Below, one piece after another: positions 25,701 through 40,200 of a DNA stretch of 64,000 bases. This stretch comes from Euprymna scolopes (taxonomy: Eukaryota), in assembly GCA_053919585.1 (NCBI GenBank), contig CM132827.1. One strand, given 5' to 3'. The notes below the pieces were generated by a model. It did no database searches. It was given only the letters and a program-made list of their open reading frames with translations, and was not told where the DNA came from. The position numbers were made by a program, and so were the translations under genes. Position 1 is the first letter of the stretch. Each line of letters begins with the position of its first letter.

Positions 25701-28700
25701 CGCATGTAATCTCGCTCCGTGTCTATTGAACTAAGGCATGGTTCTAAAACAAGATTTCAACTCGGCGCCGAAGAAGACGGACGCATGTAATCTCGCTCCG
25801 TGCCTATTGAACTAAGGCATGGTTCTAAAACAAGATTTCAAATCGGCGCCGAAGAAGACGGACGCATGTAATCTCGCTCCGTGCCTATTGAACTAAGGCA
25901 TGGTTCTAAAACAAGATTTCAACTCGGCGCCGAAGAAGACAGACGCATGTAATCTCGCTCCGTGCCTATTGAACTAAGGCATGGTTCTAAAACAAGATTT
26001 CAACTCGGCGCCGAAGAAGACGGATGCATGTAATCTCGCTCCGTGCCTATTGAACTAAGGCATGGTTCTAAAACAAGATTTCAACTCGGCGCCGAAGAAG
26101 ACGGACGCATGTAATCTCGCTTCGTGTCTATTGAACTAAGGCATGGTTCTAAAACAAGATTTCAACTCGGCGCCGAAGAAGACGGACGCATGTAATCTCG
26201 CTCCTTGTCTATTGAACTAAGGCATGGTTCTAAAACAAGATTTCAACTCGGCGCCGAAGAAGAAAGACGCATGTAATCTCGCTCCGTGTCTATTGAACTA
26301 AGGCATGGTTCTAAAACAAGATTTCAACTCGGCGCCGAAGAAGAAAGACGCATGTAATCTCGCTCCGTGTCTATTGAACTAAGGCATGGTTCTAAAACAA
26401 GATTTCAACTCGGCGCCGAAGAAGAAAGACGCATGTAATCTCGCTCCGTGTCTATTGAACTAAGGCATGGTTCTAAAACAAGATTTCAACTCGGCGCCGA
26501 AGAAGAACGCCGCATGTAATCTCGCTCCTTGTCTATTGAACTAAGGCATGGTTCTAAAACAAGATTTCAACTCGGCGCCGAAGAAGAAAGACGCATGTAA
26601 TCTCGCTCCGTGTCTATTGAACTAAGGCATGGTTCTAAAACAAGATTTCAACTCGGCGCCGAAGAAGACGGACGCATGTAATCTCGCTCCGTGTCTATTG
26701 AACTAAGGCATGGTTCTTAAACAAGATTTCAACTCGGCGCCGAAGAAGACGGACGCATGTAATCTCGCTCCGTGTCTATTGAACTAAGGCATGGTTCTAA
26801 AACAAGATTTCAACTCGGCGCCGAAGAAGAAAGACGCATGTAATCTCGCTCCGTGTCTATTGAACTAAGGCATGGTTCTAAAACAAGATTTCAACTCGGC
26901 GCCGAAGAAGACGGACGCATGTAATCTCGCTCCGTGCCTATTGAACTAAGGCATGGTTCTAAAACAAGATTTCAACTCGGCGCCGAAGAAGACGGACGCA
27001 TGTAATCTCGCTCCGTGCCTATTGAACTAAGGCATGGTTCTAAAACAAGATTTCAACTCGGCGCCGAAGAAGACGGACGCATGTAATCTCGCTCCGTGTC
27101 TATTGAACTAAGGCATGGTTCTAAAACAAGATTTCAACTCGGCGCCGAAGAAGACGGATGCATGTAATCTCGCTCCGTGTCTATTGAACTAAGGCATGGT
27201 TCTAAAACAAGATTTCAACTCGGCGCCGAAGAAGACGGACGCATGTAATCTCGCTCCGTGTCTATTGAACTAAGGCATGGTTCTAAAACAAGATTTCAAC
27301 TCGGCGCCGAAGAAGAAAGACGCATGTAATCTCGCTCCGTGTCTATTGAACTAAGGCATGGTTCTAAAACAAGATTTCAACTCGGCGCCGAAGAAGACGG
27401 ACGCATGTAATCTCGCTTCGTGTCTATTGAACTAAGGCATGGTTCTAAAACAAGATTTCAACTCGGCGCCGAAGAAGACAGACGCATGTAATCTCGCTCC
27501 TTGTCTATTGAACTAAGGCATGGTTCTAAAACAAGATTTCAACTCGGCGCCGAAGAAGAAAGACGCATGTAATCTCGCTCCGTGTCTATTGAACTAAGGC
27601 ATGGTTCTAAAACAAGATTTCAACTCGGCGCCGAAGAAGACGGACGCATGTAATCTCGCTCCGTGTCTATTGAACTAAGGCATGGTTCTAAAACAAGATT
27701 TCAACTCGGCGCCGAAGAAGAAGGACGCATGTAATCTCGCTCCGTGTCTATTGAACTAAGGCATGGTTCTAAAACAAGATTTCAACTCGGCGCCGAAGAA
27801 GAAAGACGCATGTAATCTCGCTCCTTGTCTATTGAACTAAGGCATGGTTCTAAAACAAGATTTCAACTCGGCGCCGAAGAAGAAAGACGCATGTAATCTC
27901 GCTCCGTGTCTATTGAACTAAAGCATGGTTCTAAAACAAGATTTCAACTCGGCGCCGAAGAAGACGGACGCATGTAATCTCGCTCTGTGTCTATTGAACT
28001 AAGGCATGGTTCTTAAACAAGATTTCAACTCGGCGCCGAAGAAGACGGACGCATGTAATCTCGCTCCGTGTCTATTGAACTAAGGCATGGTTCTAAAACA
28101 AGATTTCAACTCGGCGCCGAAGAAGAAAGGACGCATGTAATCTCGCTCCGTGTCTATTGAACTAAGGCATGGTTCTAAAACAAGATTTCAACTCGGCGCC
28201 GAAGAAGACGGACGCATGTAATCTCGCTCCGTGCTATTGAACTAAGGCATGGTTCTAAAACAAGATTTCAACTCGGCGCCGAAGAAGACGGACGCATGTA
28301 ATCTCGCTCCGTGCCTATTGAACTAAGGCATGGTTCTAAAACAAGATTTCAACTCGGCGCCGAAGAAGACGGACGCATGTAATCTCGCTCCGTGTCTATT
28401 GAACTAAGGCATGGTTCTAAAACAAGATTTCAACTCGGCGCCGAAGAAGACGGATGCATGTAATCTCGCTCCGTGTCTATTGAACTAAGGCATGGTTCTA
28501 AAACAAGATTTCAACTCGGCGCCGAAGAAGACGGACGCATGTAATCTCGCTCCGTGTCTATTGAACTAAGGCATGGTTCTAAAACAAGATTTCAACTCGG
28601 CGCCGAAGAAGACGGACGCATGTAATCTCGCTTCGTGTCTATTGAACTAAGGCATGGTTCTAAAACAAGATTTCAACTCGGCGCCGAAGAAGACGGACGC

Positions 28701-31126
28701 ATGTAATCTCGCTCCTTGTCTATTGAACTAAGGCATGGTTCTAAAACAAGATTTCAACTCGGCGCCGAAGAAGACGGACGCATGTAATCTCGCTTCGTGT
28801 CTATTGAACTAAGGCATGGTTCTAAAACAAGATTTCAACTCGGCGCCGAAGAAGACGGACGCATGTAATCTCGCTCCGTGTCTATTGAACTAAGGCATGG
28901 TTCTTAAACAAGATTTCAACTCAGGCGCCGAAGAAGACGGACGCATGTAATCTCGCTTCGTGTCTATTGAACTAAGGCATGGTTCTTAAACAAGATTTCA
29001 ACTCGGCGCCGAAGAAGACGGACGCATGTAATCTCGCTTCGTGTCTATTGAACTAAGGCATGGTTCTAAAACAAGATTTCAACTCGGCGCCGAAGAAGAC
29101 GGACGCATGTAATCTCGCTCCTTGTCTATTGAACTAAGGCATGGTTCTAAAACAAGATTTCAACTCGGCGCCGAAGAAGACGGACGCATGTAATCTCGCT
29201 CCGTGTCTATTGAACTAAGGCATGGTTCTAAAACAAGATTTCAACTCGGCGCCGAAGAAGACGGACGCATGTAATCTCGCTTCCGTGTCTATTGAACTAA
29301 GGCATGGTTCTAAAACAAGATTTCAACTCGGCGCCGAAGAAGACGGACGCATGTAATCTCGCTCCGTGTCTATTGAACTAAGGCATGGTTCTAAAACAAG
29401 ATTTCAACTCGGCGCCGAAGAAGACGGACGCATGTAATCTCGCTCCGTGTCTATTGAACTAAGGCATGGTTCTAAAACAAGATTTCAACTCGGCGCCGAA
29501 GAAGACGGACGCATGTAATCTCGCTCCGTGTCTATTGAACTAAGGCATGGTTCTAAAACAAGATTTCAACTCGGCGCCGAAGAAGACGGACGCATGTAAT
29601 CTCGCTCCGTGTCTATTGAACTAAGGCATGGTTCTAAAACAAGATTTCAACTCGGCGCCGAAGAAGACGGACGCATGTAATCTCGCTCCGTGTCTATTGA
29701 ACTAAGGCATGGTTCTAAAACAAGATTTCAACTCGGCGCCGAAGAAGACGGACGCATGTAATCTCGCTCCGTGTCTATTGAACTAAGGCATGGTTCTAAA
29801 ACAAGATTTCAACCTCGGCGCCGAAGAAGACGGACGCATGTAATCTCGCTCCGTGTCTATTGAACTAAGGCATGGTTCTAAAACAAGATTTCAACTCGGC
29901 GCCGAAGAAGACGGACGCATGTAATCTCGCTCCGTGTCTATTGAACTAAGGCATGGTTCTAAAACAAGATTTCAACTCGGCGCCGAAGAAGACGGACGCA
30001 TGTAATCTCGCTCCGTGTCTATTGAACTAAGGCATGGTTCTAAAACAAGATTTCAACTCGGCGCCGAAGAAGACGGACGCATGTAATCTCGCTCCAGTGT
30101 CTATTGAACTAAGGCATGGTTCTAAAACAAGATTTCAACTCGGCGCCGAAGAAGACGGACGCATGTAATCTCGCTCCGTGTCTATTGAACTAAGGCATGG
30201 TTCTTAAACAAGATTTCAACTCGGCGCCGAAGAAGACGGACGCATGTAATCTCGCTTCCGTGTCTATTGAACTAAGGCATGGTTCTAAAACAAGATTTCA
30301 ACTCGGCGCCGAAGAAGACGGACGCATGTAATCTCGCTCGTGTCTATTGAACTAAGGCATGGTTCTAAAACAAGATTTCAACTCGGCGCCGAAGAAGACG
30401 GACGCATGTAATCTCGCTCCGTGTCTATTGAACTAAGGCATGGTTCTTAAACAAGATTTCAACTCGGCGCCGAAGAAGACGGACGCATGTAATCTCGCTT
30501 CGTGTCTATTGAACTAAGGCATGGTTCTAAAACAAGATTTCAACTCGGCGCCGAAGAAGACGGACGCATGTAATCTCGCTCCGTGTCTATTGAACTAAGG
30601 CATGGTTCTTAAACAAGATTTCAACTCGGCGCCGAAGAAGACGGACGCATGTAATCTCGCTTCGTGTCTATTGAACTAAGGCATGGTTCTTAAAACAAGA
30701 TTTCAACTCAGCGCCGAAGAAGACAGACGCATGTAATCTCGCTTCGTGTCTATTGAACTAAGGCATGGTTCTAAAACAAGATTTCAACTCGGCGCCGAAG
30801 AAGACGGACGCATGTAATCTCGCTCCGTGTCTATTGAACTAAGGCATGGTTCTAAAACAAGATTTCAACTCGGCGCCGAAGAAGACGGACGCATGTAATC
30901 TCGCTCCGTGTCTATTGAACTAAGGCATGGTTCTTAAAACAAGATTTCAACTCGGCGCCGAAGAAGACGGACGCATGTAATCTCGCTCCTTGTCTATTGA
31001 ACTAAGGCATGGTTCTAAAACAAGATTTCAACTCGGCGCCGAAGAAGACGGACGCATGTAATCTCGCTCCGTGTCTATTGAACTAAGGCATGGTTCTTAA
31101 ACAAGATTTCAACTCGGCGCCGAAGA

Positions 31127-31226
31127 NNNNNNNNNNNNNNNNNNNNNNNNNNNNNNNNNNNNNNNNNNNNNNNNNNNNNNNNNNNNNNNNNNNNNNNNNN
31201 NNNNNNNNNNNNNNNNNNNNNNNNNN
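31127..31226. other. Assembly/scaffold gap (100 N, unknown true size)
   Basis: Exactly 100 N, the conventional placeholder for a gap of unknown length. Monomer phase is broken across it. Confidence 0.98.
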
Positions 31227-34200
31227 TGAACTAAGGCATGGTTCTAAAACAAGATTTCAACTCGGCGCCGAAGAAGACGGACGCATGTAATCTCGCTCCG
31301 TGCCTATTGAACTAAGGCATGGTTCTAAAACAAGATTTCAACTCGGCGCCGAAGAAGACGGACGCATGTAATCTCGCTCAGTGTCTATTGAACTAAGGCA
31401 TGGTTCTAAAACAAGATTTCAACTGGGCGCCGAAGAAGACGGACGCATGTAATCTCGCTCCGTGTCTATTGAACTAAGGCATGGTTCTAAAACAAGATTT
31501 CAACTCGGCGCCGAAGAAGACGGACGCATGTAATCTCGCTCCGTGCCTATTGAACTAAGGCATGGTTCTAAAACAAGATTTCAACTCGGCGCCGAAGAAG
31601 ACGGACGCATGTAATCTCGCTCCGTGTCTATTGAACTAAGGCATGGTTCTAAAACAAGATTTCAACTCGGCGCCGAAGAAGACGGACGCATGTAATCTCG
31701 CTCCGTGCCTATTGAACTAAGGCATGGTTCTAAAACAAGATTTCAACTCGGCGCCGAAGAAGACGGACGCATGTAATCTCGCTCCGTGCCTATTGAACTA
31801 AGGCATGGTTCTAAAACAAGATTTCAACTCGGCGCCGAAGAAGACGGACGCATGTAATCTCGCTCATTGCCTATTGAACTAAGGCATGGTTCTAAAACAA
31901 GATTTCAACTCGGCGCCGAAGAAGACGGACGCATGTAATCTCGCTCCGTGTCTATTGAACTAAGGCATGGTTCTAAAAACAAGATTTCAACTCGGCGCCG
32001 AAGAAGACGGACGCATGTAATCTCGCTCCGTGCCTATTGAACTAAGGCATGGTTCTAAAACAAGATTTCAACTCGGCGCCAAAGAAGACGGACGCATGTA
32101 ATCTCGCTCCGTGTCTATTGAACTAAGGCATGGTTCTAAAACAAGATTTCAACTCGGCGCCGAAGAAGACGGACGCATGTAATCTCGCTCCGTGTCTATT
32201 GAACTAAGGCATGGTTCTAAAACAAGATTTCAACTCGGCGCCGAAGAAGACGGACGCATGTAATCTCGCTCCGTGTCTATTGAACTAAGGCATGGTTCTA
32301 AAACAAGATTTCAACTCGGCGCCGAAGAAGACGGACGCATGTAATCTCGCTCCGTGTCTATTGAACTAAGGCATGGTTCTAAAACAAGATTTCAACTCGG
32401 CGCCGAAGAAGACGGACGCATGTAATCTCGCTCCGTGTCTATTGAACTAAGGCATGGTTCTAAAACAAGATTTCAACTCAGCGCCGAAGAAGACGGACGC
32501 ATGTAATCTCGCTCCGTGCCTATTGAACTAAGGCATGGTTCTAAAACAAGATTTCAACTCGGCGCCGAAGAAGACGGACGCATGTAATCTCGCTCCGTGC
32601 CTATTGAACTAAGGCATGGTTCTAAAACAAGATTTCAACTCGGCGCCGAAGAAGACGGACGCATGTAATCTCGCTCATTGCCTATTGAACTAAGGCATGG
32701 TTCTAAAACAAGATTTCAACTCGGCGCCGAAGAAGACAGACGCATGTAATCTCGCTCCGTGTCTATTGAACTAAGGCATGGTTCTAAAACAAGATTTCAA
32801 CTCGGCGCCGAAGAAGACGGACGCATGTAATCTCGCTCCGTGCCTATTGAACTAAGGCATGGTTCTAAAACAAGATTTCAACTCGGCGCCAAAGAAGACG
32901 GACGCATGTAATCTCGCTCCCTGTCTATTGAACTAAGGCATGGTTCTAAAACAAGATTTCAACTCAGCGCCGAAGAAGACGGACGCATGTAATCTCGCTC
33001 CGTGCCTAGATAACTAAGGCATGGTTCTAAAACAAGATTTCAACTCGGCGCCGAAGAAGACGGACGCATGTAATCTCGCTCCGTGCCTATTGAACTAAGG
33101 CATGGTTCTAAAACAAGATTTCAACTCGGCGCCGAAGAAGACGGACGCATGTAATCTCGCTCATTGCCTATTGAACTAAGGCATGGTTCTAAAACAAGAT
33201 TTCAACTCGGCGCCGAAGAAGATGGACGCATGTAATCTCGCTCCGTGTCTATTGAACTAAGGCATGGTTCTAAAACAAGATTTCAACTCGGCGCCGAAGA
33301 AGACGGATGCATGTAATCTCGCTCCGTGCCTATTGAACTAAGGCATGGTTCTAAAACAAGATTTCAACTCGGCGCCAAAGAAGACGGACGCATGTAATCT
33401 CGCTCCGTGTCTATTGAACTAAGGCATGGTTCTAAAACAAGATTTCAACTCAGCGCCGAAGAAGACGGACGCATGTAATCTCGCTCCGTGCCTATTGAAC
33501 TAAGGCATGGTTCTAAAACAAGATTTCAACTCGGCGCCGAAGAAGACGGACGCATGTAATCTCGCTCCGTGCCTATTGAACTAAGGCATGGTTCTAAAAC
33601 AAGATTTCAACTCGGCGCCGAAGAAGACGGACGCATGTAATCTCGCTCATTGCCTATTGAACTAAGGCATGGTTCTAAAACAAGATTTCAACCTGGCGCC
33701 GAAGAAGACGGACGCATGTAATCTCGCTCCGTGTCTATTGAACTAAGGCATGGTTCTAAAACAAGATTTCAACTCGGCGCCGAAGAAGACGGACGCATGT
33801 AATCTCGCTCCGTGCCTATTGAACTAAGGCATGGTTCTAAAACAAGATTTCAACTCGGCGCCAAAGAAGACGGACGCATGTAATCTCGCTCCGTGTCTAT
33901 TGAACTAAGGCATGGTTCTAAAACAAGATTTCAACTCAGCGCCGAAGAAGACGGACGCATGTAATCTCGCTCCGTGTCTATTGAACTAAGGCATGGTTCT
34001 AAAACAAGATTTCAACTCGGCGCCGAAGAAGACGGACGCATGTAATCTCGCTCCGTGTCTATTGAACTAAGGCATGGTTCTAAAACAAGATTTCAACTCA
34101 GCGCCGAAGAAGACGGACGCATGTAATCTCGCTCCGTGCCTATTGAACTAAGGCATGGTTCTAAAACAAGATTTCAACTCGGCGCCGAAGAAGACGGACG

Positions 34201-37200
34201 CATGTAATCTCGCTCCGTGCCTATTGAACTAAGGCATGGTTCTAAAACAAGATTTCAACTCGGCGCCGAAGAAGACGGACGCATGTAATCTCGCTCCGTG
34301 CCTATTGAACTAAGGCATGGTTCTAAAACAAGATTTCAACTCGGCGCCGAAGAAGACGGACGCATGTAATCTCGCTCCGTGCCTATTGAACTAAGGCATG
34401 GTTCTAAAACAAGATTTCAACTCGGCGCCGAAGAAGACGGACGCATGTAATCTCGCTCATTGCCTATTGAACTAAGGCATGGTTCTAAAACAAGATTTCA
34501 ACTCGGCGCCGAAGAAGACGGACGCATGTAATCTCGCTCCGTGTCTATTGAACTAAGGCATGGTTCTAAAACAAGATTTCAACTCGGCGCCGAAGAAGAC
34601 GGACGCATGTAATCTCGCTCCGTGCCTATTGAACTAAGGCATGGTTCTAAAACAAGATTTCAACTCGGCGCCAAAGAAGACGGACGCATGTAATCTCGCT
34701 CCGTGTCTATTGAACTAAGGCATGGTTCTAAAACAAGATTTCAACTCGGCGCCGAAGAAGACGGACGCATGTAATCTCGCTCCGTGCCTATTGAACTAAG
34801 GCATGGTTCTAAAACAAGATTTCAACTCGGCGCCGAAGAAGACGGACGCATGTAATCTCGCTCCGTGCCTATTGAACTAAGGCATGGTTCTAAAACAAGA
34901 TTTCAACTCGGCGCCGAAGAAGACGGACGCATGTAATCTCGCTCCGTGTCTATTGAACTAAGGCATGGTTCTAAAACAAGATTTCAACTCGGCGCCGAAG
35001 AAGACGGACGCATGTAATCTCGCTCCGTGCCTATTGAACTAAGGCATGGTTCTAAAACAAGATTTCAACTCGGCGCCAAAGAAGACGGACGCATGTAATC
35101 TCGCTCCGTGTCTATTGAACTAAGGCATGGTTCTAAAACAAGATTTCAATTCAGCGCCGAAGAAGACGGACGCATGTAATCTCGCTCCGTGTCTATTGAA
35201 CTAAGGCATGGTTCTAAAACAAGATTTCAACTCGGCGCCGAAGAAGACGGACGCATGTAATCTCGCTCCGTGTCTATTGAACTAAGGCATTGTTCTAAAA
35301 CAAGATTTAAACTCGGCGCCGAAGAAGACGGACGCATGTAATCTCGCTCCGTGTCTATTGAACTAAGGCATGGTTCTAAAACAAGATTTCAACTCAGCGC
35401 CGAAGAAGACGGACGCATGTAATCTCGCTCCGTGCCTATTGAACTAAGGCATGGTTCTAAAACAAGATTTCAACTCGGCGCCGAAGAAGACGGACGCATG
35501 TAATCTCGCTCATTGCCTATTGAGGCATGGTTCTAAAACAAGATTTCAACTCAGCGCCGAAGAAGACGGACGCATGTAATCTCGCTCCGTGCCTATTGAA
35601 CTAAGGCATGGTTCTAAAACAAGATTTCAACTCGGCGCCGAAGAAGACGGACGCATGTAATCTCGCTCCGTGTCTATTGAACTAAGGCATGGTTCTAAAA
35701 CAAGATTTCAACTCAGCGCCGAAGAAGACGGACGCATGTAATCTCGCTCCGTGCCTATTGAACTAAGGCATGGTTCTAAAACAAGATTTCAACTCAGCGC
35801 CGAAGAAGACGGACGCATGTAATCTCGCTCCGTGTCTATTGAACTAAGGCATGGTTCTAAAACAAGATTTCAACTCGGCGCCGAAGAAGACGGACGCATG
35901 TAATCTCGCTTCGTGTCTATTGAACTAAGGCATGGTTCTAAAACAAGATTTCAACTCGGCGCCGAAGAAGACGGACGCATGTAATCTCGCTCCGTGCCTA
36001 TTGAACTAAGGCATGGTTCTAAAACAAGATTTCAACTCGGCGCCGAAGAAGACGGACGCATGTAATCTCGCTCCGTGTCTATTGAACTAAGGCATGGTTC
36101 TAAAACAAGATTTCAACTCGGCGCCGAAGAAGACGGACGCATGTAATCTCGCTCCGTGCCTATCGAACTAAGGCATGGTTCTAAAACAAGATTTCAACTC
36201 GGCGCCGAAGAAGACGGACGCATGTAATCTCGCTCCGTGTCTATTGAACTAAGGCATGGTTCTAAAACAAGATTTCAACTCGGCGCCGAAGAAGACGGAC
36301 GCATGTAATCTCGCTCCGTGCCTATTGAACTAAGGCATGGTTCTAAAACAAGATTTCAACTCGGCGCCGACGAAGACGGACGCATGTAATCTCGCTCCGT
36401 GCCTATTGAACTAAGGCATGGTTCTAAAACAAGATTTCAACTCGGCGCCGAAGAAGACGGACGCATGTAATCTCGCTCCGTGTCTATTGAACTAAGGCAT
36501 GGTTCTAAAACAAGATTTCAACTCGGCGCCGAAGAAGACGGACGCATGTAATCTCGCTCCGTGTCTATTGAACTAAGGCATGGTTCTAAAACAAGATTTC
36601 AACTCAGCGCCGAAGAAGACGGACGCATGTAATCTCGCTCCGTGTCTATTGAACTAAGGCATGGTTCTTAAACAAGATTTCAACTCGGCGCCGAAGAAGA
36701 CGGACGCATGTAATCTCGCTTCGTGTCTATTGAACTAAGGCATGGTTCTAAAACAAGATTTCAACTCGGCGCCGAAGAAGACGGACGCATGTAATCTCGC
36801 TCCTTGTCTATTGAACTAAGGCATGGTTCTAAAACAAGATTTCAACTCGGCGCCGAAGAAGACGGACGCATGTAATCTCGCTTCGTGTCTATTGAACTAA
36901 GGCATGGTTCTAAAACAAGATTTCAACTCGGCGCCGAAGAAGACGGACGCATGTAATCTCGCTCCGTGTCTATTGAACTAAGGCATGGTTCTTAAACAAG
37001 ATTTCAACTCAGCGCCGAAGAAGACGGACGCATTTAATCTCGCTTCGTGTCTATTGAACTAAGGCATGGTTCTTAAACAAGATTTCAACTCAGCGCCGAA
37101 GAAGACGGACGCATGTAATCTCGCTTCGTGTCTATTGAACTAAGGCATGGTTCTAAAACAAGATTTCAACTCGGCGCCGAAGAAGACGGACGCATGTAAT

Positions 37201-40200
37201 CTCGCTCCTTGTCTATTGAACTAAGGCATGGTTCTAAAACAAGATTTCAACTCGGCGCCGAAGAAGACGGACGCATGTAATCTCGCTCCGTGTCTATTGA
37301 ACTAAGGCATGGTTCTTAAACAAGATTTCAACTCGGCGCCGAAGAAGACGGACGCATGTAATCTCGCTCCGTGTCTATTGAACTAAGGCATGGTTCTAAA
37401 ACAAGATTTCAACTCGGCGCCGAAGAAGAAAGACGCATGTAATCTCGCTCCGTGTCTATTGAACTAAGGCATGGTTCTAAAACAAGATTTCAACTCGGCG
37501 CCGAAGAAGACGGACGCATGTAATCTCGCTCCGTGTCTATTGAACTAAGGCATGGTTCTTAAACAAGATTTCAACTCGGCGCCGAAGAAGACGGACGCAT
37601 GTAATCTCGCTACGTGTCTATTGAACTAAGGCATGGTTCTAAAACAAGATTTCAACTCGGCGCCGAAGAAGACGGACGCATGTAATCTCGCTCTGTGCCT
37701 ATTGAACTAAGGCATGGTTCTAAAACAAGATTTCAACTCGGCGCCGAAGAAGACGGACGCATGTAATCTCGCTCCGTGCCTATTGAACTAAGGCATGGTT
37801 CTAAAACAAGATTTCAACTCGGCGCCGAAGAAGACAGACGCATGTAATCTCGCTCCGTGCCTATTGAACTAAGGCATGGTTCTAAAACAAGATTTCAACT
37901 CGGCGCCGAAGAAGACGGACGCATGTAATCTCGCTCCGTGCCTATTGAACTAAGGCATGGTTCTAAAACAAGATTTCAACTCGGCGCCGAAGAAGACGGA
38001 CGCATGTAATCTCGCTCCGTGCCTATTGAACTAAGGCATGGTTCTAAAACAAGATTTCAACTCGGCGCCGAAGAAGAAAGACGCATGTAATCTCGCTCCG
38101 TGTCTATTGAACTAAGGCATGGTTCTAAAACAAGATTTCAACTCGGCGCCGAAGAAGAAAGACGCATGTAATCTCGCTCCGTGTCTATTGAACTAAGGCA
38201 TGGTTCTAAAACAAGATTTCAACTCGGCGCCGAAGAAGACGGACGCATGTAATCTCGCTTCGTGTCTATTGAACTAAGGCATGGTTCTAAAACAAGATTT
38301 CAACTCGGCGCCGAAGAAGACGGACGCATGTAATCTCGCTCCTTGTCTATTGAACTAAGGCATGGTTCTAAAACAAGATTTCAACTCGGCGCCGAAGAAG
38401 AAAGACGCATGTAATCTCGCTCCGTGTCTATTGAACTAAGGCATGGTTCTAAAACAAGATTTCAACTCGGCGCCGAAGAAGAAAGACGCATGTAATCTCG
38501 CTCCGTGTCTATTGAACTAAGGCATGGTTCTAAAACAAGATTTCAACTCGGCGCCGAAGAAGAAAGACGCATGTAATCTCGCTCCGTGTCTATTGAACTA
38601 AGGCATGGTTCTAAAACAAGATTTCAACTCGGCGCCGAAGAAGAAAGACGCATGTAATCTCGCTCCTTGTCTATTGAACTAAGGCATGGTTCTAAAACAA
38701 GATTTCAACTCGGCGCCGAAGAAGAAAGACGCATGTAATCTCGCTCCGTGTCTATTGAACTAAGGCATGGTTCTAAAACAAGATTTCAACTCGGCGCCGA
38801 AGAAGACGGACGCATGTAATCTCGCTCCGTGTCTATTGAACTAAGGCATGGTTCTTAAACAAGATTTCAACTCGGCGCCGAAGAAGACGGACGCATGTAA
38901 TCTCGCTCCGTGTCTATTGAACTAAGGCATGGTTCTAAAACAAGATTTCAACTCGGCGCCGAAGAAGAAAGACGCATGTAATCTCGCTCCGTGTCTATTG
39001 AACTAAGGCATGGTTCTAAAACAAGATTTCAACTCGGCGCCGAAGAAGACGGACGCATGTAATCTCGCTCCGTGCCTATTGAACTAAGGCATGGTTCTAA
39101 AACAAGATTTCAACTCGGCGCCGAAGAAGACGGACGCATGTAATCTCGCTCCGTGCCTATTGAACTAAGGCATGGTTCTAAAACAAGATTTCAACTCGGC
39201 GCCGAAGAAGACGGACGCATGTAATCTCGCTCCGTGTCTATTGAACTAAGGCATGGTTCTAAAACAAGATTTCAACTCGGCGCCGAAGAAGACGGATGCA
39301 TGTAATCTCGCTCCGTGTCTATTGAACTAAGGCATGGTTCTAAAACAAGATTTCAACTCGGCGCCGAAGAAGACGGACGCATGTAATCTCGCTCCGTGCC
39401 TATTGAACTAAGGCATGGTTCTAAAACAAGATTTCAACTCGGCGCCGAAGAAGACGGACGCATGTAATCTCGCTCCGTGTCTATTGAACTAAGGCATGGT
39501 TCTAAAACAAGATTTCAACTCGGCGCCGAAGAAGACGGACGCATGTAATCTCGCTCCTTGTCTATTGAACTAAGGCATGGTTCTAAAACAAGATTTCAAC
39601 TCGGCGCCGAAGAAGACGGACGCATGTAATCTCGCTTCGTGTCTATTGAACTAAGGCATGGTTCTAAAACAAGATTTCAACTCGGCGCCGAAGAAGACGG
39701 ACGCATGTAATCTCGCTTCGTGTCTATTGAACTAAGGCATGGTTCTAAAACAAGATTTCAACTCGGCGCCGAAGAAGACGGACGCATGTAATCTCGCTCC
39801 GTGTCTATTGAACTAAGGCATGGTTCTTAAACAAGATTTCAACTCGGCGCCGAAGAAGACGGACGCATGTAATCTCGCTCCGTGTCTATTGAACTAAGGC
39901 ATGGTTCTAAAACAAGATTTCAACTCGGCGCCGAAGAAGACGGACGCATGTAATCTCGCTCCGTGCCTATTGAACTAAGGCATGGTTCTAAAACAAGATT
40001 TCAAATCGGCGCCGAAGAAGACGGACGCATGTAATCTCGCTCCGTGCCTATTGAACTAAGGCATGGTTCTAAAACAAGATTTCAACTCGGCGCCGAAGAA
40101 GACAGACGCATGTAATCTCGCTCCGTGCCTATTGAACTAAGGCATGGTTCTAAAACAAGATTTCAACTCGGCGCCGAAGAAGACGGATGCATGTAATCTC

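Larger units (their letters stand above)
1..31126 (+). repeat. Tandem satellite array, 81-bp monomer, ~384 copies (left contig; continues beyond window start)
   Basis: Monomer starts at 1, 82, 163 and so on. The 60-nt line pattern recurs every 1620 bp (20x81) in exact phase up to ~24400. All copies are head-to-tail with no non-repeat sequence. Confidence 0.99.

Noticed and set aside
31090-31290. 66-aa ORF from the ORF track
   Set aside because: It spans the 100-N gap and joins two different reading frames of the monomer. All six frames of the consensus monomer contain at least one stop.
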